Source: Chiloscyllium plagiosum (Eukaryota). Taken from it: DNA of 64,000 nt. The notes under the pieces were generated by a model. That model did no database searches. It was not told where the DNA came from and worked only from the letters and a program-made list of their open reading frames with translations. Below are positions 13,271-26,956 of this stretch, in pieces; the stretch's first letter is position 1; each line of letters starts with the position of its first letter. Made by a program: the position numbers and the translations under genes. The stretch is taken from positions 135,658,782 to 135,722,781 of the forward strand of contig NC_057711.1 in assembly GCF_004010195.1 (NCBI RefSeq). The letters run 5' to 3'.

Positions 13271-13577
13271 TTAGATTACTTAGGCCGAAGGGCCTGTTTC
13301 CACACTAACAAGTCCACACCGACCCGCCGAAGCGCAACCCATCCAGACCCATTCCCCTATATTTACCCCTTCACCTAACACTACGGGCAATTTAGCATGG
13401 CCAATTCACCTAACCACACTTTTGGACTGTGGGAGGAAACTGGAGCACCAGGAGGAAACCCATGCAGACACGGGGAGAATGTGCAAACTCCACCCACAGT
13501 CGCCTGAGGTGGGAATTGAGCCCGGGTCTCTGGTGCTGTGGGGCAGCAGTGCTAACCACTGTGCCACCGTGCTGCCC
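13271..13577 (-). mobile_element. HE1/V-SINE-like tRNA-derived SINE, full length
   Basis: Minus strand starts GGGCAGCACGGTGGCACAGTGGTTAGCACTGCTGCC (A box), has the central GGGTTTCCTCC..TGCTCC.GTTTCCTCCCACA domain and a CR1-like tail; TSD actgaagtac (13261-70) / actaaagtac (13578-87). Confidence 0.9.
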
Positions 13578-15936
13578 ACTAAAGTACTGTTTTGAGTACT
13601 TTAAGTTTCCTGGTATTAGAGCTACTGTCAGATGGGAAATTTATGGATTCCCTATCTCCTCTTTGATTGTTCGGTTCCAGTCCAATTAGTTTTGTTTATG
13701 GAGTGAAGCTGTTTCTGGTCAGGCCAGCATATATTGCCAATTTGTAATTGTCCAGAGTGGTTCAGAGTCAGCCACACTTCTGTGCATCCAGAATCATGTT
13801 GAGGTTTGACCAGGTAAGGGTGGCAGTTTCCTAATGGGCATTAGTGAATGGTTAATTCAACTAACATTTTGTTGCTTGTTTTCTTTATGCCATTCTTTAT
13901 TGGAGCATCTTTTTAATCATGAGCTTAACACTCCCTCCTCATTGAATTTAATATTTTAATTCCCAACTTTATTCACTAACCCCACACCCTCAGTGATTTT
14001 AATAAATCAAAACACATTGTTTTATTAAATAGTTTATTCTCTTTACAGGTATGTCCATTTAGAGTAGTGTTTGGAGTTCTACGAATATTTATCTTGGTTT
14101 TTTTGGCTTGGGTTAATTGAGTTTTAAAGTTTTTTTTACATTCATTTGCTTTGGAATACATACACTGTTCATCTAATGTGGATTACTGCTATTTTACTGG
14201 GAGCTGATTTGGTTTGACCAGCTATTTGTTTGTGGTGGTTAATTTAAAACTGAACCTAGTAGAATTGAATTCTAACTAATCTCAATTTGTTTCAGTAGGT
14301 TAATCAATTGGCTAATTATAGGTGTTAATTGTTTTCCAATGTTTTACTCACAGGTCTATAGGTGGAATTGGTAAAAGAATATTTAAGGAATAAAGAATCA
14401 TTGACTTCAGTTCATTTTTAGGTTGTGAATATCACTGGCTAAGGCTGTAGTTGAGTGTAAATGTAATGTCTGAGAATTCAGTGTTGTAACGTCACAGGTA
14501 CACGACGAGATTTGTTGAAATGGTCAGCCTCACTTAACCTGGACAACATTTTGCCTCCAGGCACAGAAGTGCTTAATTATCTGGGGAATTAACTTGTGCT
14601 GGAGGTATAACTCTTATTAGGTCAGGTGAGAATACCTATTGAGAGGTGGTCATTAAAGCAGCTGAAACTTGTTAAAGCTCAAATGTTGCTTGAGGGTTGC
14701 TGTAGCTAGGTCACAGTGAAGTTGATCTCTAATTGTGACCATCTTTGTTATGTATGATTTACAGGTACTTTTAAGGGCATTCTTCCTGATCTCCATTCAC
14801 TACTTCTGCTTCACTAAATTCAGCACTGAATTGACTGCCTTTATATCAAGGGCAGCTACCCTAAGTCTGAAATTTGACATTGCATCTTTAGATCAAAGCA
14901 AGTGAAGTTGTGGTGCTGTCTTACTCGTACTGGTGATGTTGTTACGAGTTTAAGTGGCAGTTGAAAAACGCTACTTCTGGCTACCTCTTACTGATGTGGT
15001 CTATGGTGAAAGTACTTTGATTTGCCACAATGGATTTATCCTGTTTGTGGTCAGGGTATGCTGGGCAATTTTCCACATCTGTGTAAATTTCAGTTTAATG
15101 GAATAATTGAACTCTGCTGTCCTAGTGTGTAATTACTCCAGCTGTCAGTTGTTGGGATGTTTAACTTTTCTGTCTAATGCATGGTATAGTTCACAACATC
15201 ATGGAAATAGAGGTTGTTTGAAACATGTTAAAGGATCTAAAGTATAGCATCCCAGTAAAGGAATACTCTGGTGTCACTGCACTGGCAGTGAATTGAGTGC
15301 AGTATTCCAAATCTGTAACAATGACTTGGAACACTGTTAGATTGTTCTGTCCATCTAGGTCAAGTTATCAAAAACTCAATCCTTGACTGTTTTGTGCTGT
15401 TCTGTGAAAAATGTGCTAACTTAGACAGGTTACTATCTTTCAAAGTACAGAGATAACAAAAAACTAAAATTTTAGCTTGAGTCTTTAAGGAAATCAATTC
15501 CTTTATGTTGCGCTTCCATACTTTATGCACTGCATCAGAAGAATGCATTTAATTTTGGCTTTGTATGGTATTTTATATTGACCAGCCATGGGATGTTTAA
15601 TATGCAATTTCTGTCTTAAATCAAAACTGTGCTGTTGGAGCAATTCAATAGGAAGAAGCTGCTAAAATAAACAATAACAATAAATAAAATAAGCTTCATT
15701 TTTCTTTAATCTTTCTGACATGGATTTTACATACATTATTCTAGAAATGCTAAGGATGGACGCTGGGCCCCTTTTACTAACCTAAATGCTGGAGAGATTT
15801 GGGTCTGGCAACATCGGCAGAGTTAACTTTTCTAGTTGTCTGGCTTGACTTCAGTTTCTCCAGTTTTTTGTTTTTCAGATTTCCAACATCTGCAGCATTT
15901 GCTTTTGAGTCAAAACCTTTGCTCTCCACTTAAGTA

Positions 15937-16027
15937 TTCCTGAAGAAGGGCTTATGCCCAAAACGTCGATTCTCCTGTTCCCTGGATGCTGCCTGACCTG
16001 CTGCGCTTTTCCAGCAACACAATTTCA
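15937..16027 (+). mobile_element. Solo ~90-bp Penelope pLTR fragment starting at the hammerhead core
   Basis: Near-identical to 49258-49348; flanked by perfect 16-bp direct repeat gctctccacttaagta (15921-15936, 16028-16043). Confidence 0.85.
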
Positions 16028-16182
16028 GCTCTCCACTTAAGTAACTTGGTCTAATCATATCCTCCTTACTGATGGCCATTATTTTTCTAATATGGCTGCT
16101 GGACCAGATACAATTGTATTAAGATAGACTTTTTGCATTAAAAGCTTGTGCTAAATCAAATATAATCATTGCCATGTTTTTT

Positions 16183-16486
16183 TTAGATTAGATTACTTCG
16201 TGTGGAAACAGGCCCTTCGGCCCAACAAGTCCACACCGCCCCGCCAAAGTGCAACCCACCCATACATTTACCCCTTACCTAACACTACGGGCAGCTTAGC
16301 ATGGCCAATTCACCTGACCTGCACATCTTTGGACTGTGGGAGGAAACCAGAGCACCCGGGGGAAACCCATGCAGACACGGGGAGAACATGCAAACTCCAC
16401 ACAGTCAGTTGCCTGAGGCGGGAATTGAAACCGGGTCTCTGGCGCTGTGAGGCAGCAGTGCTAACCACTGTGCCACCGTGCCGCCC
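16183..16486 (-). mobile_element. HE1/V-SINE-like SINE, full length
   Basis: Same A/B boxes, central domain and (TAATC)n tail as the 13271 copy. Confidence 0.92.
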
Positions 16487-18257
16487 ACAGTTTTGATAGT
16501 CTAATATTTAAAATATTCCCTTAGTTTTATATTTATGACCGCTTTAACTGTGGGTTTTACTGCACTTTGCGTTTTGACTTGTAAGGTATCCAACCCATTT
16601 TAGGAAACTTGGATCAGTTTGATTCTTGAAATTGTTCAATGTAATTCCTTTTGATGAAAAGGTAAGCATAATAATTTGATTAAGCGTGCATTTTTCAATT
16701 TTATTTCCATAATGGTAAACTGAACTTTAGGAATAATATTCAAAGTGTCAGAACTTTGAGATTTTTATTGGTTTGGAATTCTGTTTTCAACTAAGTTGAA
16801 AGTAAAGGTCAGGACTCAAGATGTTGACTCAAGTTGAGTTACCTTTTTTGCTTTTTTCTCAATTATCCCTCAATACTGCTGTTGGGTTTTTAAATTTGAA
16901 GCTGAATAAATCAAAGTGCATTTCTCTTTTTTTGTCCTCTTCATCTGTATCCACTCAAAGCGAAGCACTTAGTTCTATATTCTTGGTCAAAACTGACTAT
17001 GAAGGTTCAAGGTATAACAAAATTAGTGTGATTAAAAAGTATTAATTTGGTTAGTAAAATAACTGAGTAATAGATATATTATAAGTTACCACAGCTTGGA
17101 CATTCGTTTTGTAAACATCAGTCCCATTCTCTCCAGATTTAATTTTATGGTTGTATGTGCAATACAGTTGATGCCAAAGTTGAATTCAAATTGCCTAAAA
17201 TGTGAGCTAGATAGAGTCAAAAATAAAAAGCTGCTCACTTTGAATTAAAGTTGTTTGTACAAAAATGAACATTGTCCTAATTTAGATTGCTGAATTTACT
17301 TGCTAGATAACTTCTAACTAACTGGCATGGATAGTGTGCAAACAAGTGCCATTGGTATTGTAGGCATACATCTGCTGTACACCTCTACATCTATTCCGGT
17401 TTTAAGAGGACTTGTGTTGCTGAATCCTAGATTTAGTATAAGAAGCTATTTTGGGTGTGGTGATGCTGTTTTGTGGTAAAGGTTGGATTTTTGTCTGTCA
17501 AGACTAATACCTCTGCTTGACAAACTTGTCCAATGGCTTAATTTGTTGACTAATCTTAAACTGTGGAATTGTTCCAAGGAATTAGTGTTTTTAAACAATT
17601 TGAGTGTTTTGAGAGTTGATGCAGAGAAGGTTTCTTGTTACTTTTAATTATTGTTTTCTAGTGCAAGTGTTTGAAAACTGAATAGGTTGTAAAGTTGCTT
17701 TTGTTAACATGTAAATTTATAACTAAGCTTGCAATCTTTGGCATTATCAATTCTGTTTAAATCAATAATTTAGTCCTTGACAGTGAGCCACATCTGACTA
17801 AGAACATTGTTCTGCATTGCCCAAAATGGGTTATTGGTTAAATAGAGTTTGGAGCATTGCTTCAAAGTCCTCCTTTTCTTGGCAGTTGATCCTGACATCC
17901 CACTCAAGTTGTTCATTGGTATTATTATGGAGGCTTGTCTCATCAATGCCACATGTGCCACTTTTTATATAACTAATCATTGAATATGGGTTCCAACTGT
18001 AGCAGCTGTTTGGGAAGAATGGATGTTTTTTTTTACCAGAAAATTGTGACTGAGCTAGTCAGATAAAATACTTATCCATAATGGACCTCTGGGTTTGAGC
18101 AGGAGGGCAGTTGTGATGCATGCTGCTTTTAGAGTCAAATACTTTCTTTGCAGCCTTTTGGATTGGTTACAGGGATTTCTCGAGCATTTCTTTTTTTGGA
18201 AAAAGGTCAGTGTTTTATTTTCCTCAAAGTGGTTGAGTGGTAGTCTATTTTAAACTG

Positions 18258-18401
18258 CGAAATTGACGTTTCGGGCAAAAGCCCTTTTGACTGAAACGTC
18301 GATTTCGCTGCTCCTTGGATGCTGCCTGAACTACTGTGCTCTTCCAGCACCACTAATCCAGAATCTGTTTTCCAGCAGCTGCAGTCAATGTTTTTACCTC
18401 A
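18258..18401 (+). mobile_element. Short Penelope-derived insertion with 5' inversion
   Basis: 14-bp TSD tctattttaaactg (18244-57, 18402-15); inverted gacgtttcgggcaaaagccc followed by forward gaaacgtcgatttc. Confidence 0.8.
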
Positions 18402-20579
18402 TCTATTTTAAACTGATTGCTTTGGAAACTGTAGCAAGTGCAAAACTGCATCTACAAGCAGCTAACCTTTTTTCATTGTTGTGAAACGTTGCAGCTAAGC
18501 TATTTGGGAGAAAAAAAACTGATGCTCAGTATGAATTATAATTTGAAGTTTCTCATTAGGCTTTTAATGGAGTGGACCAAGAAATTGCATGGTTGAGTGT
18601 ATGGAAATGGGGTAAGATGGAAGAGGTGTAAGTGTAAAGTAGAGGGTTGGAGAACATCTCCCAAGTTCCTGCATATTGTGACCAGGTTTGAGGTTTCATG
18701 TGTTTGTCATTTGCTGTTAAGGTATGTTGATTGAAGATGAATTAATTTGATCAAATAACAAAAGGAAAAGTTAAAGTAAAATGTATATTGAGTACAACCT
18801 ATTTTAATAAGTTTCTCCAGTATTGTCCAGGGTTTACAAGCAACAGTACTCCAACAAATTGTGTGCAACAGTCAAATGTGGCTAACTGCATTATTGATTA
18901 AATAAAGATATTTTGGGTATTTGGTTACCTATCTGCATGGCAAGATGATGAGACAAAAGCAAAATATGGGTGTAGTGGTATACTTAAAATTCTTTAGTTG
19001 TTTAACATTTATTTGTACAATTTTAAAGTTGGAGCATGTTGTTAGTGTTTATAGCCATGTAACTGAGGAAATGGTTCTGGACAATAAATTAGAAAATTGT
19101 TAAGGATGGTTATTTGGATTCTTATGCCTGCTCCTGATTTGGTTTCTAAATTCCTTCAGTGAAGTCTTTTTTTTAGTTCTGGACAGAACATAATGAAACA
19201 TGTAAGAAGGAGCTTGATCAGCATTTTAAATTCTTTTTCATGCTTGAATTATTGTGAATGTAATAGACAAGAAATTTTCTTCATTCACGAAACAATTCAT
19301 TTCAGGGCTAGTAGTCAAACTTGTCAATGCCCTGTCAATATCACAGCCATTTCAGGCTGTATGCAATTGTGAATTGATTTTTAAGTCCTGCTGGCAAATG
19401 TAATGCTGGTGGTAACTTTTCAGACTAATAACCCTCAACTGAAATCTGTGCCTAGTGGAGCAAAGGCTAAGCAGCTAACTCCTGTATAGATAGTGTGGAA
19501 ATTTCCTGGTGCAATGTGAAAATGAATTGCATTACAAATTTATTTTTTAGATATCAAGTGATGCTGACATCTAATCAATAAAATTATCAACCTGTAGAAT
19601 GTATTTACTGACACTTCAGGATGGATAATTAAATCAAACTAACTGGTTGAAGTAGGTGACTGTTGCTTTCAGGTCCATCTGTTCCATCTATGGCATTAAA
19701 GTGTGGCATTCGTCATAAGCCATAATTCATTTTATTTAACCTTTGTGTAAAGGTTGATTTTTTTTTTAAACTGGCCAAATCTTATCCAAAATGCACAATG
19801 TTGTTTGGGGGGGGTTTAGATGTATTCTCAATTTTCAGCTTCCTTACTCCACCCCAATTTCTCCCCCCCCCTAAACTTGTTTAATAACGTCTGCTTTCCT
19901 GACTTTGAAATCAGAATTTTCGTCTGTTGGTAGACTTTCTTTCTCACCAGTTAAAGCTTGATCCATGCAGTTGGGTGGAGCAAGTGGTCAGATTTCTCCC
20001 TGTTTTGAATCTTATGGGGTGGGACCACAGAACCAGGAGTGACTTTAAGTAACTTGGAAGTTCTGTCTTGCTGGAGGTGTGGTGCTGCAATAGCTTTGGG
20101 AGGAGAGGGATTAAAACTTTGCTGACTTTATGCAGCACATGTAGCTGTTGACTCTGGGCTGGATGAATGTCATGAAACGCACTGCAAATAGTTGCCAATC
20201 TAAATTTGTATTTTTGCTAGCAAATGGGCAGAAACAAATTGTTTACAAGTTGAACTGTCACAAGGTTCCATCCAATCTGAGCGCATCAACAATCTGCATA
20301 TATTGATCTTCAAATGGATGGAATTAGTTCAAATGTTCAGTTTAAATAAAATTGCAAATATTTTGGGACAGTGGACTGTAATCTGCAGAAATTATTTAAT
20401 CATGCTGGGGAACGAGGAGTATTGTGTGGAGATGGAAATAAACTTGGGCATCTTGAAATTGTCAAGTCAGGAGCTTTAATCTGTTGTACCAGGTTGTAAG
20501 TCGAAGTTTAACCCTCCCTGCACAAGTTAGAAATTCTGGTTGCAAATTGATCTTGATACAAGCAGTTAGGTAAAAGTAA

Positions 20580-21240
20580 TACTGTAGCAAGACCAGGCTA
20601 TTTGGCCAAATGAGTCTACTTTGTCATTGGCTGAGATTTTGTAGTTGATCTGATTGTGGCCTCAATTCTACTTTCCCTCCTGCCACCCCAGGTTGTAACC
20701 TTTGACTCACCTTATCAGAAATCTAACTCCGCCTTGAAGCAGTGTGACTCTATCTCCGCTGTACTTGCAGGGTGAGGACTTCCAATGATTCAGGACCGTT
20801 GGCGGGGCGGGGGGAATATCCAATTCTTGGCTTGAGCCTTTATTTTAAAACTTTCATATTTCTAGATTTCCTCAGTGTATACTGTCAAGCTTGACCATCT
20901 ATTTTAAATAATTTAGCCTTTCCATTCCTGTCAACCCCAATGACCCAACCTGTACCTTTTTTTTTTCGTAAAATGACCTCTTATCTGGGAAACTTTCTCT
21001 GAATTGCTTCCTTGTATTGTCCTTGAAGGCAAACTTTATACGGTATTGTGCAGATTCAACAATACTCGAGTTGTAGCAAGACCTCTCCCAATACTCAATA
21101 TTTTTCCATTGCATTTGGTTTCCTCACCATTTGATCCTGCATATTAATTTGATGATTGCATGTGCAAGGGCAGAGATCCCTCTGAGCTGTAGGATTCTAT
21201 TGCCTGAGTTTAAATCTTTGTTCTTCCTGCCAAATTCTTG
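20580..21240 (-). mobile_element. Highly decayed CR1/L2-group LINE 3' fragment
   Basis: Tail-like gtagcaagaccaggctatttggcc and weak similarity to other LINE 3' ends. Confidence 0.4.
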
Positions 21241-23091
21241 CCAATTCATTTGGGTTTATAAATTCTATATAATGTGACACCCAGTAAGCATTCTTGGGCA
21301 CTTTCTTTTTATTCATTCCCCCTGCAGCACACAAGTTTGTATTGAAGTTTGTATTTTGTGCATATGTCCAACATTAGAAAGCATTTGAGCAGTTAAATTC
21401 TATTTTACATCCTAAAACTATTTAGTCGAAGGATGAAATTTGAGTTTTTTTTTACTGTTGTTTGCTTTGTGAAGGTTTCAGTGCTATAATTGTGCATGAT
21501 GTACCCTGTCTTAAATTGTAAATCCTGGGATAAAATGGATTGAAATGATTATTAAAAACTTTAATAGCGTGAAGTTCAAAGTGTCGAGGCTGATTAACCC
21601 CCCCCCCCCCCCCCCCCCCGAAAAAGTCTGCTTGTTTAGGTCTTTGAAAACTCTACATTAATGTCTTTAAGTTTTTTGTTAATTTCAGGAATTTGCACAT
21701 AGCACACACTCATCAGGGTTTCTGAACATTGATTTTGTTTTCAAAAGAAACCCTTTACTTTTAATTAAATGGTGCCTCTTTATTGAACTAATTGGTAATG
21801 AGTTTAAAGTTGCGTGCAGAAAAGTCTGTTTCTGCTCACTTGTGTTGAATCCAGTGGTCCAAACTGGTATCTGCACTGTAACCCTTGAAAGTATTTTTAG
21901 GTGTCCATTGCTTGGACACTCATCAGAATCACAAGCAAACGTTGTGCAGTGGTGATCTATTGTTTAATGGTAGATGGGCTAAATTCTTGAATGCTTGTTT
22001 GCTTATGGAAAATGCATATATATGCTTTGTGATGTTAAAGTCACATCCTTGTATAGCCTCCTCAGTGTAGTGAAGAATGAGTATATTTGGGATAATACAA
22101 AGTTGCCTTTTAGCTATGTTCAGTGTGACTGTCTAAAACAGTAATTAATCACGTAATTTTAATGAAGTTCATGAGCTATGAACTATTGCTTGACAGCACA
22201 ATGTATTTTGAAATTCTGAACCATTCCAAATGTTTAGTATGTTACACTGAATAACTGAGCTTTAGTTGTGAACTTATGAAGTTAAGGTGTAACCTGGATT
22301 TTAAACAAATGGTCTCCAGTTGAAATTTTTTGAAAGGCTACCAAGTGTGGAGTGGTTAGTGTTATGAAAATGTAACGAGAACGGTTCGCACAACAAATTA
22401 GCTCGATTTTAATTAATTTGGTCATCGATTGTTTCCAAATATGACAGTGTCTAGTTGGTATGTGAGAAGAGGGGAGCTCTTGCTTTCTAGCTGTATTCTA
22501 GAGATTCACTGGGTTCCAGTTTTTGAACCCTGTGCATCTGAAATACTTTCTAGTTTTAATTAAAAAAAAATCAGATGGTCTTTTGCATGATAAAATGCTG
22601 AAAGCCTCTCATTTAGGAAAAAGTCTACTTGAGTCCAACCTGAATTAAAACTTTGCAGCATGTGTAAATATCTTTGCATTTAGACACTTCTGATTTAGAC
22701 ATGGCTGAAATCTGCTTCTGCATCCCCCAAGCTGGCTTGTCTGAGTGGAAGTAGAATATTGGGCTTACTATTTTATATGTAGTTCTCAATATATTGATTT
22801 CAAAAATTGCAGAATCTGTCTGCAATTTTGTCAATCTTCCACATCTGACAATATCCCTTCACTTCCAATAGCCAATTCATTACACTAATTTTTATGCATG
22901 GAGAATTGTCATCCATATTTAATTATTTTCTAACAAGATTAGGTTGGAATTGCCTCATTGTTGAGATCAAACTGCATGGACATGCTCTGAATATACATAA
23001 GGCATTGTAAACTGATTTGTTGCATTATATTGTTAATCTAACATACGGTACTCTTTTGTGTCCATATTGCAGACGGCAACTCCAAACTAAC

Positions 23092-23163
23092 ATGGCAGTC
23101 AGACTGTGTGATGTGGCTACTCTGCTTAGAAGTGGTTCGTGGGCTGCAGAGCCTTGGACTGGG
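23092..23163 (+). CDS. ELAVL2: ELAVL2 alternative N-terminal coding exon (exon 23073-23163): MAVRLCDVATLLRSGSWAAEPWTG
   Basis: Branch point CTAAC 23038-42, acceptor tgcAG ending 23072, ATG 23092, donor GGG|GTCTGT; splices in frame to (Q)VIAAMETQL; matches my recollection of the long vertebrate HuB N-terminus MAVRLCDVASLLRSGSWAAEPWTGQVIAAM. Confidence 0.88.
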
Positions 23164-26100
23164 GTCTGTGGGACTTTTCTTTAAATTCAGTAGTGACTTA
23201 AGTTTTCTTTTTTCTTTGGAGGCCATACCAAAAACCTATAAAATGCATATTATTATAGGTCCTGTACCCTTGTAAAAATGAAATTGATTCAGAAATACTT
23301 GGTTCTTTTGAAACAGCAAGTCTTTATCTACAAAAAATAACTTTAAGTGAAGCCAATGCAATTATTTTTGGTATGGTCTAATAAAGCTTGTATATAAAAG
23401 TATTTACTGAAAGTGGATTTGTTGTATTATGTCTGCTGTAGTGGTGCACGTGTTTTAACAGCTCTTACCCTCTGCAAATGGCATCTGAGTGGAAAATTTC
23501 ATCCTAATACCAATTGATCCACCCCTTTGTCCCTCATATCCACTAAATCTGAATTGTAAGATTCAGTATGTGGTGGCTCAATTGCAAATTTACTTGCATG
23601 ATGTATAGTGATCCCTATCAAAAAGAGAAAATGCCGGTTGGATAGAAAGTCATTGCTCTGCAAAGTGCATAGGTGAATGCAACTGTTCACTAGAATTCTG
23701 ACCTAACTCTGTATTTCCGCATGCAAATGTAAATCAATTATAGACCCGTCATTGCAGATATCTTAAAATACTTGGACAAAACTTTGCAAAAAATGCTGAG
23801 CTTGTTTCTTTCTTGCAAGTGCTCTACACTTTTTTGACAATTCATTCTTTTCTCTTGTAATTCTGAGATAGCAAAAATTTCCAACTATAAGGACTGTCCC
23901 CAAAATAGCTAATGGTGTTGCGCTGATTTTTAAAAATTTTTCTATTGTTTGAATGCCAAGCCTCAAACTTATTTTTAAACAGATCTTTTGTGCAGTATAG
24001 GGATACTCATTGAACAGAATTTTCATTGTTTAAATACTAACTTGGCTGGTGTACTGTGAACTTTGCATTTGTGCTTGAACAGAATACTTGTGTGAAACTA
24101 CCAAAATGTAAAATACTTGAAGTTCTTATTAGATTATTCTGCCCCCTCTCTTAATCTTGGTTCCAAAGTTATTGTATTCGACTGCTAGGCTGAGCCAGTT
24201 TTGGAATATCAACTTCTTTCTGAGCTCAGCGTTGTCCCTGTCACATCCCTACTCCTGTTTTCTGTAAGGGTCCTTATCAGAACATGTGGCAGGTGCTCAA
24301 TTTTGTTTAATTGCATATTTCCTGCTTGTTTCAAGACTGCCCTATTTAGTGTTCTGTATTGCTGCATTTTGTGGAACATTCAGTGCTGTGATACAGCTAG
24401 CATAAGTTCAAAGGATAAATAGAATGGTGAAGATTAGATGGTGTACGCATCTAGCATCTGAAATGCACAATTTGATTTCTAAATGTTAGCTTGGAGTGCT
24501 GCTTAAAGAAGCTTTCCACAGCGGATGACAGCCCAAAGAGGCAAGTTGGGCAAATTTAAGTATTTGAAGTCAAGAAGCTACATTTACCAGAAAAGGCAAA
24601 TCATTTCCAATTTTTGCAATTGAGCGATTGCAGTGGTTTGTGTGCAGAGCCTGCTTGTCTGCAAGTACAGACAATTGATAGCTGTTTCCCTGTGTCTGAA
24701 ACATTAACGTGTCTGCATCCATCTGGTAGCAAAATATATGAATTGGACAGGAAGAAATGAAGGTCAATGATCGAGAGCTTCTTGTGAGCTTTGTATATTG
24801 AACTGAGTTGAACCAACCTGTCCCTACCCCTCTGTTTCATTCCCCCCATCCTCATCAATGTATTTCTTCAATGGAGACATTCTATAACTCCCTGATCTGT
24901 ACCAAGCGTGACTGAGAGTTTGCTTTCAAGTTGTAATTTGTCTCGTGTGCTTTAAGGATAAAGTCTCTATTCAACTTAGAAAAAGGCCTTTTTGGAGTGG
25001 GGTAAGGCTAAGTGCAGAAGGAAAGGGGCAAGAGATACTACCAGACTAAAGGTGAACTGGCAAATCTGTTTTCTGCTCAGCAGAGTTAGTTTACTGGATA
25101 TGGTGGATGAAGATATCCAGTAAAAGGTACCAAGCATAATGAATTTAATTTTGTGCTTTGAGATGTTTCTAAATTTATCACCAGCTAATGGTTTTTGTCC
25201 TAATCAATGGAAATTACTTTAAGGAAATTGAAATGATCTCTGGTTTACCTTGGAACGCTGGTGCAGCTTACTAGAAGTAAATGGTTTTTCCTAGTTTAGC
25301 TTGATGTGTGCAGTATGCTGAATTAACATTGACTTCAAAATAGACAGTTGGCATACAACATGTAAATGCTATTGTGATCATTATGCACATCCCAGTTGGT
25401 TTTCAGCAAAATCAGTCATTAAATATTTTTATTAATGGCAGTTTGTCATCAAAATACTGTTCATGGTCTGCAACAAAGCCAGCAGCAGTGCTCCACCACC
25501 AGATGGCATTGGTCTGGAAGCTGTGGATGTAAATGTCTAATGGTTTGTGATCATGCAGTATAGTTGAAACATGAATCGCAAACTAATTTTAAATAAGTGA
25601 AGAGTTGGAAGCTTGACCTGTGAAGCTGTTTTAACAGTGAGATAATAGCTACAGGACACAAGTTTCTTGCTATTTGATAAGTTAAGCTTGGTAGCCCCTA
25701 AATAGTAAACTCAAGTTACAGAATTGTAAAGTTATTACATTTTATAAATATGTAACTTTGACATTTTGCTTGTTGCATTCTTGTATTGTGCTTATTGCTT
25801 TCAACATGCCAAAAGTTCAAGTTATGTTCCACACTGACTTACAGGTTAATAGGGTCATAAATGCTTAAAGACTTGATTACAAGAAGTCTACTGTAACCTG
25901 ACCCATAACTATGCTAAAGTTATTCATCAGGGAGCAATGTTTCAAAAATGAATGGTCTTTCAGTCCCAAAAACGTTTTCATTTTGTACAGTGAGATGGCG
26001 TATCTTCCTTGAGATAAAGCTGAATAATGCATTTTTGGTTTTTGGTATCCGCTCACCAGCGTTGCTTTTTTCAAACTGAGCATCCCAATTTCTTTGCTCC

Positions 26101-26656
26101 ATGTGAGTTTATTTTTCACTAGTGAGAATTCTGCTTTTTGTAGAACGGCAGATTGATTCACTTTTTTTTCACCTGTTCTTTTAAACTTGCCCTTATCTGC
26201 TCCATTGTCTGGCCTGCTAGATTGAATATCCAGGATGGAGATGACAAAGGTAGTGCAAATTTATGGCTCAGTATAGATGACTTGGGCAATACAACTTATA
26301 TCATCAAATCATAATTACTTTTATTCCTACACGATTACCTCCAATGTGGATTGAATTTTAAATTGAACTTTTGGGAACCTATTTGTTGTAAAAGTGAACA
26401 AGGGAATGGATTTGACATTCGATATATGTTGAATTACAACCAATTTTCCCCAAAGTGTAGATGAAACTGTCACTTTATCTTTCTCCAGCTTTTCAAAGCT
26501 CTATTAGCCTGCAAGTTTCGGGCTTAAATTGTAACTTTCCTAAAATTTTTAAATGTCATGTTGCCATTTCTAAGAAAGCCACAAGACTAATTAGGCTATG
26601 TTCAATGACTTGTAAAAGAATTCAAAGGAGTAACAGTTTATTTCTTTCTTTTATAG

Positions 26657-26956
<300 letters not shown>

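Noticed and set aside
13540-13577. Functional tRNA genes at SINE heads
   Set aside because: A/B boxes run into SINE bodies and LINE-like tails, with no complete cloverleaf
21670-21900. Acceptor-like tttgttaatttcAG at ~21687 as an extra exon
   Set aside because: No convincing paired donor or coding signal; cannot be supported from sequence alone
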